The translations under genes were made by a program, and so were the position numbers. Below the pieces are notes generated by a model. The model searched no databases and had not been told where the DNA came from. It worked only from the letters and a program-made list of their open reading frames with translations. From assembly GCF_006345805.1 (NCBI RefSeq), contig NC_043015.1, forward strand, positions 23,870,001-23,934,000: 64,000 nt of DNA, given 5' to 3'. This document shows, in pieces, positions 11,025 through 25,000 of this stretch (positions are counted from its first letter, which is position 1; every line of letters begins with the position of its first letter). Source of the DNA: Octopus sinensis (taxonomy: Eukaryota).

Positions 11025-14000
11025 ATACATACGTACATACACAAACACATGCGTGCACGCATGCACACACACATACACACATATGCATGTTGAGTGTTCT
11101 ATAGTTAATTTATGTGCTTGTTTGTATATATGTTATATGAGCGTATATTTACTTAATATGGTGCCTCGAGGTTTAACGCATCTAAATGTCTTCTGTGACC
11201 AGTGCAAGCGCGTTTTCAGCCACATAGAAAGAAAGAAAAATAATTCGCCGTAGGAAGGATTCGATATGAAAGACACATGGGTAAAATTATAAATACAATA
11301 ACAAGCTGGAGAACATAAGGACATCATCCAGATGATAATGTTGACGCTGATGGTGATAATGATGACAATATCGAGGGCGGCGGCAAATAAAATTCTATAT
11401 TGAATACGAATCCAAATGAATTCTATGGGATAAATAACGTTTAGAGAACAAAATAGGAAAGTGGTGTTTTTACTGTCTTATAAAACGATTTTCTTTCAAA
11501 ATACATTTAAAAATCATATAAAAAATATACATAAAAATAATGCAAAAATAATTAAAATTGTTAATAAATATTCTGATGTTATCATTGTTAATGAGATCAT
11601 GAAGTACCTTTGAGGAAATAAAATATGAGATTATGAAGATAAAGCTAACTAATCAACAGAGATAATTTCTGTATCAGGGCGGAGATAAGTCATTTACATT
11701 ACAGAAAATTTAAATCTTACTACTAAACGAATTAAATTGCAAGTCGTCCGGTTAGATATGTGATTGCTGCTATGTTATCGCATAAGCAGTAAACACAGCC
11801 GTGACCCGCAAGTGAGTGTAAGCAGCCGGCATGCAGCACGCTTTTGCTAATGATTTTGGGTGCTTCAATGGCCGCTAGCGGTCATTGATATATGTCCGAG
11901 CTTCCCATTCTGATCCAGTGGCTCATCAAAACTTCAACAGGTTCTTGATGAGTGTGTTTCACCAGAACTCGACCGTAACTTGTTTCATCTGAGATAGTTT
12001 CGTGTGATTATGAACCCAACACGCAAACCAGTAGACGATGTACGTTTACCCTAAGAAATAATGGCAGATAAACTGAGAAAGGCGTTCCGTAGAATAAGAT
12101 GTTACTGTTGTTCTGGTATTTGTTCACGTTTTCGGTGAAACTTTATGGCAGATAATAATAAATGATCATTTTGACTCTAGATAAGACCTTCCCTTCAATT
12201 TTGATTTTCAAATCTCTTTCGTATATAATATATCATTTCACTGAGCTGAAAACTAATGTGTGTTTGAAAGGAGTCTTGGATAACCTTTCTAGCTAATCAT
12301 GAAGTGGCGTTGGGTACGGAAGAACAAACAACTGCCTGCCTGCAAACTAAGTGAACTGAAAAAAAAAATGAACGTTAAGCACACAACGATCACGCATGTC
12401 ACTTTTCTCCAACTGTCGGTTTTGGTGAACATTAGCCATGTTTTGTGCAGTGTCCTAGATATGATGCCTTGGTCTTCTCTTTGAATACCTACTATTTAGT
12501 GCATTGGCTTTTTTCATTTACTTATTTATTTTTCATTTGATAATGTAGCGTGATACTACAGAAAGATTTGTAGCACTGCTGCAATGAATAATCTACGAAA
12601 CCACAGTCATATATGCATACATACATAAACAAATGTATGCATACACACATACATAGGTACATTATTGCCAATCTTGAGAAGCACCGTTTGACAAAACCGA
12701 AAGGAACACGTCTAATCACAATATAAGAGCTCGACATATGTAAAACATTATGAACGTTCGTGTGTGAATGAATAGATGTGTAGAATTATAAAGGAACATT
12801 CATTTATTGTATTATTTGTTTTTAATTTGCTGTGTAAATGACAGCGAATGACAACATTACATTTTTGCAGTATTTATTTACGTAGCTTCATTTACATTCC
12901 AATATTCCGTCCTACTGGAGTCAACTTGTATTTCTTTCCTCTCTGGAGGTGTGAATTGAGAATTCTACATGTGTTAATATTGTAAAGACATCCTACATAT
13001 GTCATCCTACACACTAGAGAATACTGTGAACATAAGAACTTAATATTACATTATTATGTTACTTAATGGATTTTCTTTGTGTTACGAAATCACTGTTCTT
13101 GCTAATATTATTACGCAAATTGTGGAAATGAGGAATTGGCTGAAACATTTCAACCTCTGACAGAATGCCTTGGTGTATTTGTTCCGGTCCTTACATTCTA
13201 TATTCAAATTTGCCTTTCACCTCTTCTCGGTTTTTAAGGTAATGCGCCAATTATGCATCGCTCTCGATGAAATCAACGAATTTGATCCCTGCATAATATC
13301 TGTCTTTCTACCTAAATACGAAATAATTATTAAGGGCAATGAATTGGAAGGATTTTTAGAGCGTCGAGCAAAATTTCTCGCTGTATTTATTGCATCTCTT
13401 AAAATTTTGATTTCAAATGTCGTCATCGCCCAAATTTGATGCTCATCCTTCTGGTGTCGATAAAATAAATGATCAGTCTACTATTGGGAACTCTCTAATT
13501 GACTGATAGCCCCCACCCCTCCCACTTTCAAAACTTATTAGAATCTCCTGACATCCCAAGCTGCAAGCCTCACCACCAGATGAAGTGCAATGTCAAGTCT
13601 TTGATAGGGATAAATAAGATTCCTATTTAACCAAAATAAAAATTGTTTACAAACCTGTCTGTGTAAGAAGTATTGGTCCATATCCGTTGGTATCAAACTC
13701 GATATTTGATCCTTCCGTGCTCAATAAAACAAAGTACCAGTCAGTTACTGTGATCGATATAATCGAATATTTCCCGACATACAAATTTCTGGCGTTTTGT
13801 TTAGTTTATGCAACTGTTGAATGATGCAATACGTAAAACACAAGGAAAATATGTTCCCTGCGATATTTCTACGCCCGGGAAAATTGCGAGTTTCTATCAG
13901 GCCTCAATTTCCTTCGATGTGGATTTGCTAAATATCTCTCACTCAATATATAAATATATATGTGCGTGTGTGAATGTGTATGCATATGTGTCCTAATATA

Positions 14001-14087
14001 TATTCATATGTGTGTACGTGTGTGTATGTATGTGTGTTTGTATGTGTGTGTCTTGTATCTTACTCTCGCGTAAAATATATTTATTTC

Positions 14088-14215
14088 TCCTCTAGGCACA
14101 AGGCCCGAAATTTTTCGGGAGGTGGGAGCAGTCGATTAGATCGACACCAGTATGCAACTGGCACTTATTTATTGACTCCGAAAGGATGAAATCCAGTCTA
14201 CCTTGACGGAATTTC
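14088..14215 (-). mobile_element. Partial SINE of the same family as 37098-37312
   Basis: Reverse complement contains tttcatcctttcggagtcaataaaataagtgccagttgcatactggtgtcgatctaatcgac. Confidence 0.6.
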
Positions 14216-14794
14216 TCGAGTAAAATCTATTGACGCTGATACTGGATCTGTTTGAGAAATTTAGGGTAATTGGTATTAGTGTAAAGAAATGAGGGAATTT
14301 GTTTGGCAGAAGCATCGGATTAAATACTTCACGGAATTCTCTCCGTTACGGTTAGAAGGGAAATACATTCGATCTGGAGTCAATACAAAACATGGATCTC
14401 AAGTAAAGAGAGTGTAAGCAATTCAACTAACTTCCCTCAATATATTCTACCCACATCCATTGTCTCTCCTCAAGTCTATCAGTGACAACATCGCGCGGCA
14501 TATTATGGTATCATCACCATTGTCACAATTGCCGTTGTCATCTTTGTCTTTATCATTATCATTATCATCATCATCATCAGTCATCGTTACATCATCATCA
14601 TAATCATTATCATTGCTGTCGTCGATGTCGTAATCCTCATGAACTTCGTCACTTTGATCATCGTCGTTTTTCTCCTCGTCTTCGCCTCTTTTTTGTCCGA
14701 AGTTAGCATGTTCATTAAGAGAGTTCCATGTTCGATCTGCAGAATGCCCCGAGGAAAGGTTTACATGGACTGCAAGGAAGCGTTTTATGTACTT

Positions 14795-14946
14795 ATACTT
14801 TTGTTTGTTTCAGTCATTTTAACTGCGGCGATGCTGGAGTATCACCTTTAGTCGAACGGTTCTTTTGTCGAACCGCTAAGTTACAGGTACATAGACACAC
14901 TAACGTCACTTGTCAAGCGATGGTGGTGGGAGACAAACACAGACGG

Positions 14947-14985
<39 letters not shown>

Positions 14986-15175
14986 CACACACGCACACAT
15001 ATATATATGACGGGCTTCTTTCAGTCTCCGTCTACCAAATCCATTCACAAGGCTTTGGTCGGCCCGGGGCAATAGTAGAGGCCATTTCACCAAAGTGCAA
15101 CGCAGTGGGTGGGACTGAACCTGGAACCATGTGGTTGGGAAGCAAGCTTCTTGCTACACAGTCACGCCTGCGCCT
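14795..15175 (-). mobile_element. Full-length octopus-type tRNA-derived SINE with internal (TA)/(TG) microsatellite
   Basis: Minus-strand head aggcgcaggcgtgactgtgtagcaagaagcttgcttcccaaccacatggttccaggttcagtccca has A/B-box-like motifs. A CORE-like segment follows, then the tail shared with other copies. Confidence 0.8.
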
Positions 15176-16459
15176 TAGTCTAAATTTCCCACAGACTGGC
15201 ATTGCCTACCTTTCTTCCCGAGTTGATGAAATCAAATACTACTTAAACACGAGAATCTATGAGACTCACAAACGCGAGTTAAACACGAGTGTCTCTGTTA
15301 GCACCAGAGCAAGATGTTCAAGTTATCTTTTCTGTAATTATAAGATACTGAGTTCGATTTCAGTGCATCACCAAGGTAATAACTGTTCACTATAAGCATA
15401 ATTTCCAGTCAAGCCATGTGGATGCTAAATGAGTAGCCGAATTGGGAAAATGTGTAGAATCCTGAAGGATTGACCAACCTATAATTAAAGATCACTTACT
15501 TAGTGAAACAGATTGGACCTCTGCGTTATATTAAAAGTATGCTTGTATGTGGAATATTCAGCCACTTGAATTTAACTAGATGTACAGATGATCGAACAAA
15601 GTGATGTTAATCGTTGATTGATTACAAATGGACAACGATTATTATGACCATAAGTGGTTCTTAAGTAAATCTCATTTGTTTACATCAAGACGCTTCATTA
15701 AAAATGAGACATCAATTACACAGGATACAGAAACATAAATATTTAAAAACGGCTCAAATAGAGGAAATATTTGTATTAACTTAATATCTGCGTGATATCA
15801 ATGAATAATGTTATAATTTAATTAGAAATTTATATAAAAACAGATGTGATATCTAGTGCTGGCATCATAATTAAATAACGATTGGATATTTGTTGTTGAT
15901 ATTATAATTTGATAACAATTTGATATTAAGCAATGAGCTTTCATTGCTGATATTTTCTGAGACACCTTTATTATTTATTAATTTACCTTGGGTGCAAATA
16001 GTTTTTGCCTCATTACTGTAAGTGCATAGATTGAGTACATGATATGTTTAAATGATATTTAACATTCAAAGTGTAAAGGCATATTCCAACGCCCTGTAAA
16101 GTAATGGGCTGTACACCCCTTTTGTTTTTATGGGGATTTTAGATGTCTTGGTCCGTCATAGTACAAAAAGTATCTGTTTAAGCTGAATAATTTCGAAAAT
16201 AAATTATAGATCTTCAAACTTTTTGTATGAGATATTGCGTGTATTTATGGCACGTGTAACATGGAATTAACTCATTCCGATCAAAATATACAGTAAATAA
16301 CGAACCTCTAGTTGCCTTGGATATGCAACAATCTTAAACAGAGATATGGGAGAGGCCTATTGTGTGTATAACTAAATAAACTTAAGATGTTATACTCTTG
16401 ATTCAGTCGGCATTTCCACCATCCTGGTTGACAAACGGACACCACCCATGCACACCGTT

Positions 16460-17380
16460 CAAGAAATGCATTTCTGCGCATCTTTAGCCACGACATTTCC
16501 AATCATCCACTGAGCAGCGGCTGACAGTAGATGGAGCGTTTGACGAGTGAAACACTACCTTACACACAAAAGAATTATGCAAGCGCTCGAGTTTGATCAG
16601 GCACGAAGCAGAGCAAGGGACGACGGTAGTAGATGAGGGAATCGATGTACGGATTCATCACATCCGCCCGATCTTTAAGGATCAGCTACCTCACTGCTCA
16701 TTTCTGGGTGAGACTGGCCAACCAGCTCGTCGTCTCTTCTCAGTTCTTGTCCAGTTGGAGGTTCGGAACAAACCGGATCCCGAGCAATTTGACGATCCTT
16801 CCATCTAGGGCCTTAAAATAGAGTCACACCACATGGACCAGCCTCACCAGGTTCAAACCTGCAAGTCCACCGATTTCTCCTGGTTAATTGTTACTATTTT
16901 CACCGCTTGTAGTCCGTTAAATTAGTGCCGATCACAAGGATTACGAAGGTATCAGACACTGTTTCGGTGACAATGTCCACATAAGGCGAAGCAAACCTCC
17001 TACATGCTAGATCACCTGGGATACCTCTCAAAACACCCAGCTTCTGTAAAAATGGATTGAGAGCCAGAAGGTGCCGAAGGGGCAAGAGTCAGCATCCTTG
17101 ACGAACTGAACTTGCGACGATAAACGATTCTAATCCGTGACCATATAGTTCTCCATCAAACAAATGTCGCTCTACATTGCAGCGATCCAGCCTCTAAAAA
17201 CGGGAGTGAAATTGGCCCTCGCGAGGACAGCCACCAAGTATTCGTGGTTTACCCCATCGAAAGGTTTTGATTTGTCTTAACAGATCAGAACCCCGCCCAT
17301 GCCACGTCCCTTTCCTAACCTCTCAATGATGTAGCGCATGAAATATCTGCTTGTGATAGCACGAGACCCCGGGCCACGGA
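16460..17380 (-). pseudogene. Degraded Tx1-clade LINE ORF2 fragment (RT and downstream region)
   Basis: Minus-strand translation LVKRSIYCQPLLSG*LEMSWLKMRRNA parallels PLVRRSVCCQEPLKGGLGMPWLMMRRHA of the 20-25 kb element. An AYVDIVT (YADD-like) motif lies at about 16970-16990. Many stops and frameshifts. Confidence 0.75.
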
Positions 17381-17468
17381 CATGTATACAGCATTTATAC
17401 AACCCATTCTTTTACCCACCATGGTGACCGGAAAGAGTTTAGAGAAGAAACACTGGGTGTTTACTTAC

Positions 17469-17761
17469 CAACCAGGTCCACTGGGGCTTGGTGGTCCAAC
17501 AACCATAACTGGTTGGGGCTCATTTGAGAACAATGGTGGTGGTGGTGGTGGTGGTGGTAGAGTAGGTAACAACCGTAATCGTCCTCTTACTGTTGCTGCT
17601 GTGAATTCATGTCTCATTTATTTTGGAAATTTAGGGCTTCATAAATGGAATTCATTCCATTTGAGTGTAGAAGCTGGAGGTTTCCAACTTGGTTTGCTTC
17701 CACTTTGAAAACTACCTCTCACTTTGTCTTCCATACCTGCTTGCTGGGTGATCGAGGGCAT
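17469..17761 (-). pseudogene. Possible proline-rich exon or pseudoexon
   Basis: In-frame MPSITQQAGMEDKVRGSFQSGSKPSWKPP..*..*MRHEF..LPPPPPPPPLFSNEPQPVMVVGPPSPSGPG ends at a consensus donor TG|GTAAGTA. Two in-frame stops lie upstream of 17617. Confidence 0.3.
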
Positions 17762-18005
17762 AATTTTTTATAAGACAATTATAAACATAATATAAAAGCA
17801 ATCCCCCCCCCCTCAAGAATAAGAAATTTAATTTTTTTTTTCATTTCATAGAAATTGAATCCCCGGAGGGGCGTAAACTAACAAACAACACGTATTCAAC
17901 AGTGGTAATTTTAAAAGGCGTTTTGTTACAATATAAAGAATCAACAACTTTTGAAGACAAAAATTGAAGCAATATACTACCGAACGAAAATGCATCCTGG
18001 TGCGA

Positions 18006-18022
18006 ATAATAATAATAATATA

Positions 18023-18102
<80 letters not shown>

Positions 18103-18203
18103 GCAACAACAGTAATAATATTTTATTTCATGATATTTCTGTGTGAAGAAGAAAAATACCACAAAACTCAAAACACAGCAGTAATTCAAACTGCAGAAAA
18201 GGC

Positions 18204-18251
<48 letters not shown>

Positions 18252-18267
18252 TAATAATAATAATAAC

Positions 18268-18330
<63 letters not shown>
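18006..18330. repeat. (AAT)n/(AAC)n trinucleotide microsatellites
   Basis: Read directly from the sequence. Confidence 0.9.
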
Positions 18331-18331
<1 letters not shown>

Positions 18332-19132
18332 TACAACTGATTCAATGACCAATACCTAATTGATTGAACTGTTAAAAGTTTGACAGCGAAATTATACGTT
18401 TATTTCTTCTAGTTTTACAGATTTGTCAGTTTTATGTGTCTTTGGTGTATTCACGCCGATACGGCACTAATCTCAGGAATTATTGTCCATTTCTTCAACC
18501 TTAAAAGAAATTGCCATTCTTTAACCGCTTCTATTGTTAAAGATTCTTAAGACGGTGGAATGGCAAAATGGGAAGAGAGAACGAAATCGGAATAAATATC
18601 TTTTAGGTAATTTTAGTTCGTTTTTACTTTTGGTTAACAGTAAGAATTTGTATTCTATTTAGCTTTTCGTAATTCTGCGAATCAATATTATATCCATCAA
18701 GTAACATTTGGGGAAGTTTTCATCGATTATATTCCTCTACCTAAAACTACGTGTTTTCAGTGAATCCCTGAAATGGTTAACTTTTATATATTCCACGTAT
18801 GAGTCATTGGACAGCGGCCATACTAGGGCATCGCTTTAAGGGGTTTAGCCGAACATAATAACTCCAGTATTAATTCATTTTTAGCCTCGTACTTATTCTA
18901 CAAGACATTTTAGCAAAACCACAAAGATACGTGGACGTAAACAAACCAACTCCTACTGGTGGTAGTGTCTGACATAACGCAGAACAAGGCACACACACAC
19001 ATTATACATGTATATATGTAAGCATACATGTGTATGATTATACACACACACATATATGTATGTATGTATGTATGTATGTGCATCAGCATGGCCGCAGCTC
19101 TGAGCAGTAACAAGAGAGAAAATAAATATATA

Positions 19133-19194
<62 letters not shown>

Positions 19195-19196
<2 letters not shown>

Positions 19197-19362
19197 TGCA
19201 GGCGTGGCTGTGTGGTAAGAAGCTTGCTCCTCAACCACGCAGTTCCAGACTCAGTCCCACTGCGTGGCATCTTGGGCAAGTATTTTCTGCTATAGCCTCC
19301 GGCCGACAAAGTTTTGTGAGAGGATTTTGTAGACGGAAACTGAAAGAAGTCAAGTCCGTCGT
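19195..19362 (+). mobile_element. SINE head (tRNA-like plus CORE-like region)
   Basis: ggtgcaggcgtggctgtgtggtaagaagcttgct..ctcagtcccactgcgtggcatcttgggcaagt; same family as about 15010-15175. Confidence 0.8.
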
Positions 19363-19390
19363 ATATATATACATATATATATATATATAT

Positions 19391-19427
<37 letters not shown>

Positions 19428-19475
19428 TATATATATATATTGATATATATATCTATATATATGTATGTATATGTA

Positions 19476-20165
19476 TAAAACATTACGTTATATAATTAGG
19501 GCTCAGTGAAATAATTTATTTTACCACACACCGAACTTTTTGAAATAGCGGCCAAAAAATTTTAGCTATTTCCTCTACCATAAGGAAAGTGTCCCAGACA
19601 ATGTATACTCAGGTATAGAGGGGAAAATAACGAAAGATCACACGTACATCGATTACTTGAGAACGCTGTTTCTGGATTAGTTGGATATAGAGATCAACAT
19701 TTCCGTCATCAGCCCAAGATTTCTTTAGGTTTGAATTAGAGAGCATTAAAAATCGAACATACCCGTCTGATATGAGTAATCCCAGACAAACCATCTTCGG
19801 CCGCTAGTACTAATGAATTCAAAAAGTACGAATGAGGCTTTATATCCTCTCACGTCCACCCACATGAGTTATAGAGCAACAAGTCCCTACAGAGGGATCT
19901 GTAGTTTATTATCAGGGACAGAGAATTATATTGTCAATAATAAAAGGGTAAAATTAATTAATTATTAATTGATAATTTTACCAAGTAGTGTTCAGTATGT
20001 AAAACAACCATTTACGGTATATTTAAAACATTACGTTACATAATTAAGGTACAGTAAAATAATTTACTTTACCACACACCGAACTTTTAGAAATAGCAAT
20101 GTTGATCTCTATATCCAACTAATCCAGAAACGGCGTTCTCAAGTAATCGATGTACGTGTGATCTT
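19476..20165 (-). mobile_element. 548-bp-period hammerhead repeat (pLTR/retrozyme-like), ~1.13 units plus an inverted 68-bp piece
   Basis: 19476-19549 is repeated at 20024-20097. 20098-20165 is the reverse complement of 19634-19701. A minus-strand hammerhead lies at 19656-19718. Confidence 0.75.
19656..19718 (-). ncRNA. Type I hammerhead ribozyme motif
   Basis: Minus strand reads cttggg-CTGATGA-cgga..tcca-GAAA-cagcg-TT-ctcaag, with stem I cttggg/ctcaag. Confidence 0.7.
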
Positions 20166-20251
20166 AGTGGTTAGCCATATTGAGATGGCTAGTATACTTT
20201 ACGTTGTCGAGCGGTTACTGTTTACATCTCGTTCAGAGATTTATTATTGCT
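20163..20251 (+). repeat. 89-bp direct repeat, left copy (right copy 25849-25936), bracketing the Tx1 LINE
   Basis: cttagtggttagccata(t)tgagatggctagtatac..gttcagagatttattattgct is present at both sites with 2 substitutions and 1 indel. Confidence 0.95.
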
Positions 20252-20575
20252 TGCAGACAGTTTTTCGAAATCAGTGACGGAAGTTACTAGAAAAACTCAT
20301 AAGTATTTGCAATCAGGTCTTCCTTTCATCGAAAACCGGTGTTTTGACTCGTCTAGGGACCCCTCTTTCATCTGCGTATTGAGAAGTTCGCTGCCTATTT
20401 TGTTGAGTGAGTTCGTTTTTTGTCCGTCGTTGTTTGTGTTTGCTCGTGAATTGAACAGTTATCCGTTGTGTGACAGTAATTTTCGCCCTATGGGGCTGAA
20501 AATTCTGTGTATAAACATTGTTATTACCTTCGGGGTAATTATTTTTTTGAAAAATTGGTTCTCATAATTTGAGAA

Positions 20576-21999
20576 ATGGAGTTCGACTTGGCGTCGAGGA
20601 GCGACTTTCCCGTGATGGGAAAAGGCGAACAGAAGGATATCGAGGTTAGAAAACAGTCTTTTTCGGCCGCAGTGGGCGGAACCGTAACGGAAGTGGAATT
20701 CAAAATAGAACAGTTGTTCGAATACCGGAACTTGGTGAAAAAGGAAGGCAACGAAATAAAACTGGTACCGCCGCAAACTATATTACAGGAAATAAAGGCC
20801 AAGACAGTCGTGTACAAGGTTTACAGTAACAAAGAGAAAAAAATAATGGACGTGAAGAACGAAATAGTAGAGAAGTGCTTGTCCCCGGTGTGGAGAAAAA
20901 TTCGCTACGTCGGTCGAGGTACCCGCAGCGCTACCGTTGAAGCACATTTCAACTCGGCTAATGTGGCAAGAGAGATTTCATCGATGACCTTAAAAAGTGA
21001 GGACATCATGTTACTACCTACCTATATGGGCAAAAGAACTGCGAAACTATATGTAGAAGACATTCCAAGAGGATATGATATAATGTGGGTAGCAGCGGCG
21101 GTTCTGCACGACGTAGAGCAGAAAGTCTCAATTCTGCAGATGAAAAGGAAAGAGGAGGTAAACTGGAAGGGACAAGCACTCGAACTCCTCGTTCAAGCAG
21201 AAAATAATGTGCTAGAAAACATACCCGATAGGGTATTTATTGAGGAGGGAATTACAATGAGAGTGTCAGTGGAGGGGCGCAGACCTAGGTGTTTCAAATG
21301 TGGTGAAAAGGGTCACGTCCGCTCGAACTGCATAAAAAAAAGAAAAACAGCGAAGCCCCTCCTCAAAGTGCTTCAAACACAGAAAAAGAAAAGGCGGAAA
21401 AAGACCCCAAGACTGCGACAAGGAAGGGAATCGAAACGGAAGATAAAAATAAACAAATGGAATTTACACAGGTGACACACAAAAGAAAAAAAGAAAATAC
21501 CCTGGACTCCCCTCCCCAAACAAAGAAAAAATCAGCAAACACCGCAGAGATACATAAAAAACAAATTCCCCAGCCCTACCCCCACGGCACTGTATTCATT
21601 TGCTAAGCCCCTCCCCATAAAACAAGATTGGAAAAAATTGATTTAAAAAATGAAAAGATTGTAGCTTTCGACGAGAGAAACGATAGAGTGTTCAAGTATT
21701 TAAAATTTTCAAAACTGAAATTATTCAGTAAGTCTGCAGACACTAAGTCGACCACTCGTTTTGCAAAAATAAAGGAAGACGAGTGGAAGGAAAAAACACT
21801 CCAAGAACATTTAAAAAATAACCTTATCAGAGACGTAACTAACGAAATACTGGAGGGCAAACTTACTATAACCCCGGCAACCACACCTACCCAGAGCCCG
21901 ATGGCAACGCCGGTTAAGAGCCCTGCAGCTACGACCACAAGGGAGGAAGAAGGGGAATCATGCAGATTTAAACTGTCATGCTCCCTGTCCCGACCGTAA
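20576..21999 (+). pseudogene. Tx1 ORF1, gag-like nucleic-acid-binding protein with zinc knuckle; frameshifted
   Basis: CFKCGEKGHVRSNC (CX2CX4HX4C) in ORF 20576-21475. Probable frameshift in the A-run near 21340, with continuation in 21628-21999. Confidence 0.8.
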
Positions 22000-22018
22000 G
22001 TTTTTTCTCTCTCCGACA

Positions 22019-25000
22019 ATGGCAAAGCTAGGTTGTGTGAATGTGCGTGGAATGGGGTCGAAATGGAAACAAATTTGTCCCCTGAACGACCTCACGGCAC
22101 ACGGAGTGGACGTAGCTATTGTAATCGAGTCCAAGATGAACGGGGCCCAAGCGTTCTCGCCTCTTCTAAATGGTTTCGAGAAATTTATTTCTCCTAGCCG
22201 AGGAGGAGGAAGGGGCGTGGCAGTCCTTATCAGGAAGAGCTTGGACTTGCAGGTAAGTACTGTCTTTCTGGACCCAGAAGGCAGGCTGGTCGTTCTGGAT
22301 GTGACCCACGTAAGTAAACAGTTCTTCAGGTTGGTAGCTGTCTACGCTCCGAATGAGTGTAGGCAGTCGGGTTTTTTTCGGAATCTGGAGCACTTTTTAG
22401 TGACGTCGAAAACGGTAGTCTTAGTAGGGGACTTTAACACTGTCCTCGAAGCGCGGGTCGACAGTGTTGGCTCAACTAATAGGAAGGGGAACCCTAGCCT
22501 CAATGGTCTACTAGAGAACTTTAATCTAGTAGACCGTTATCGACTGGATGAGCCGAGCGTTCCACAGTGAACGTGGAGTAACAACGACGGCTCACGCAGA
22601 TCGTATATAGATAGGATATTCGTTAGGAAAAGAGATAAGGATACGTTTAGTTGTCCACAGTTTCACATTGTGCCTTACACGGATCACAAATTTGTGACTT
22701 GTGGAGTGCAATTAGATAAGTGTCATAGACAGGGACCCGGGTACTGGAAGCTGAACAAGTCTATTTTGAATTGTGAAGACGTCCGTACCCGGATTAAGGT
22801 GTTAGGACAGAGGGCATTACGTGGCACCATCATTAACAATAGATGGTGGCACTCCCTCAAAAAAGCCATTCGTTCAGAGTCCATTAGATTTAGCAATCAG
22901 CTATGGTTAGATAGGTCTAGGATAGAGGACGATTTAGTTAAGAATCTAAACGAGGCAATGGAATCTGGCTCTGCATCCGGAGTGATGGCGGCAAGGACGG
23001 TATTGTACCGTCACCTTAACTCCAAACACGAAGGTTGCAGAGTTAGAGCTAAGCTACGCGCAGGGAAACGAGAAGGTATTAACGTTGCCGGATGGGCCCG
23101 TCGAGTGGAGAGTCAGAGAGGCAACAAAGTTTCAATCAAGTCTTAACTGACGAACAGGAACACAAGATCTATGGACAGGAGGAGATGCAAAAGTTTCTTC
23201 ACCAGCATTTCGCCCGCGCGTTTGGGGTGGTGGTTCTCTGGAGCGGGGGAGAGCCTTAAAGGACTTCCTAGCCGGCGGACCGCGGCTCTCGGGGCGTGAG
23301 GTGGAGTGCCGTGAAAGAGCGATCACTCCCGCTGAGATAGAGGGGGTACTGGCCGGATGCGCCGGGGAGAAGTCGCCGGGGTTGGATGGTCTGCCCTACG
23401 AGTTTTATCAAAATATGCCGGACTTGTTCGGGGGAATACTGGCGGGCGTCTACGCGAACTGGCAGCAGAACGGGAGAATTTCTAGTTCTGTAAGCCGGGG
23501 AGTGGTGACGCTAATCCAGAAAGACCCGAGCAAGGGGGATAACATTAGTAATTACAGGCCCATAACTCTACTTTATGTAGAGTTAAAGATTTTGGCCAAG
23601 GTGTTGGCAAAAATGTTGACGACTGTCGTGGAGAAACTTGTAGGGAAAGCACAGACATGTGCAATTCCAGGCAGGTCGATCCAGGACAATCTTCACCTTA
23701 TACGCTACACCTTAGATAGGGTGGGTAAATTAACCGGCAAGGGCGGGGTAATGGTCCATTTAGACCAAAGTAAATCGTTCGATGGGGTAGACCATAAGTA
23801 CCTGGCGATGGTCCTCGAAGCGGCTGGACTGGGCCCTGAATTTCGCGGGTTGATCTCCGCTATGTATAGCGGCATCAAGTCCACCGTCCAGATAAACGAT
23901 TACCTAACGGAACCGTTTTCGATCGAATGTTCAGTTCGTCAAGGGTGCCCCTTGTCACCACTTTTGTACGTGTTTGCTCTCGAGCCATTGCTGCGAAAGT
24001 TGGAGAGGGTGGGAAGTAACCCGGATGGGATCGGAGGCGGGAGGACGGTTTCTGCTTATGCAGATGACGTCACCCTCATCGTGTCCAATGATGCTCAGCT
24101 ACCTTGTGTAGAAGATGCTATCAGAGGATACGAGGCGGTGGCAGGATCAAAAGTTAACAAGGACAAGTCGATTGGCTTACGCCTCGGCACCTGGAGGAGC
24201 AAGTCGATATCGTCCAGTGCCGTGGGATATTGGACAGATGGTCCTGTTAAGTTGCTAGGAGTTTGATTTGGGCCAGACTCCCAAACGGAGAGGAATTGGA
24301 GTGAGGTGACGTGCAAGGTGGAGGCCATAGTACGGACCTAGTCCAGAAGGTTTCTGTCCTTGAAAGGAAGGGCGGAGGTGGTACAGATGTTTATTGCATA
24401 TGTAATCACTTACCGCCTGACCGTTTTCCCTTGCCCCGATTCATGGCTTAGCAAGTTGGAGCGAATCCTTTTCCGCTTTTTGTGGAAGGGAGGAAGGCCT
24501 CTTGTGAGGCGCTCCGTTTGCTGCCAGGAACCGTTAAAGGGTGGGTTAGGAATGCCTTGGTTGATGATGCGCAGACATGCGTTGAGGTTGAAGCATCTCT
24601 GGCACCACCTGGAGGGTGATAAGGTGTGGAGTCCGCTGGCAGGGGAATTTTTCCCGAGACCGGCTTCCTTAGTGAATTTTAAACCCGGTTGCATCAAAAG
24701 ACGGAATCTGACATTATGGCAAAAGGAGTGCCGACAGGCACTCACGCTGATCCACAAGGCGGGCAAGGCCGGCTGCGGAAATACCACCTCAGTATTTTAT
24801 AGCAGGCTGGTAGAGGCAAAGAACGACGACGTCCAAGGAGGAGCTCTGGGGATCGACGAGGACCAGCTTACCAACCTGTTTAAAAAGACTTTCAGGACGA
24901 GGTATTTGGATAATTTCCAAAGATCCCTAGCCTGGCAGTGTTATAGGAATGCTTTACCTGTTCGCGAGAAGTTATCGCGGCACGGAATTTCAGTGCCACC

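Noticed and set aside
15090-15175. tRNA-like A/B boxes (also at 19195 and about 37160)
   Set aside because: They are SINE heads with no cloverleaf, not tRNA genes.
22568-24340. Three Tx1 ORF2 stops at apparent Trp codons (TGA, TGA, TAG), suggesting recoding or deaminase hypermutation
   Set aside because: TGG becomes a stop by a single transition, the stops are mixed TGA/TAG, and the ORF is also frameshifted. Ordinary decay explains it.
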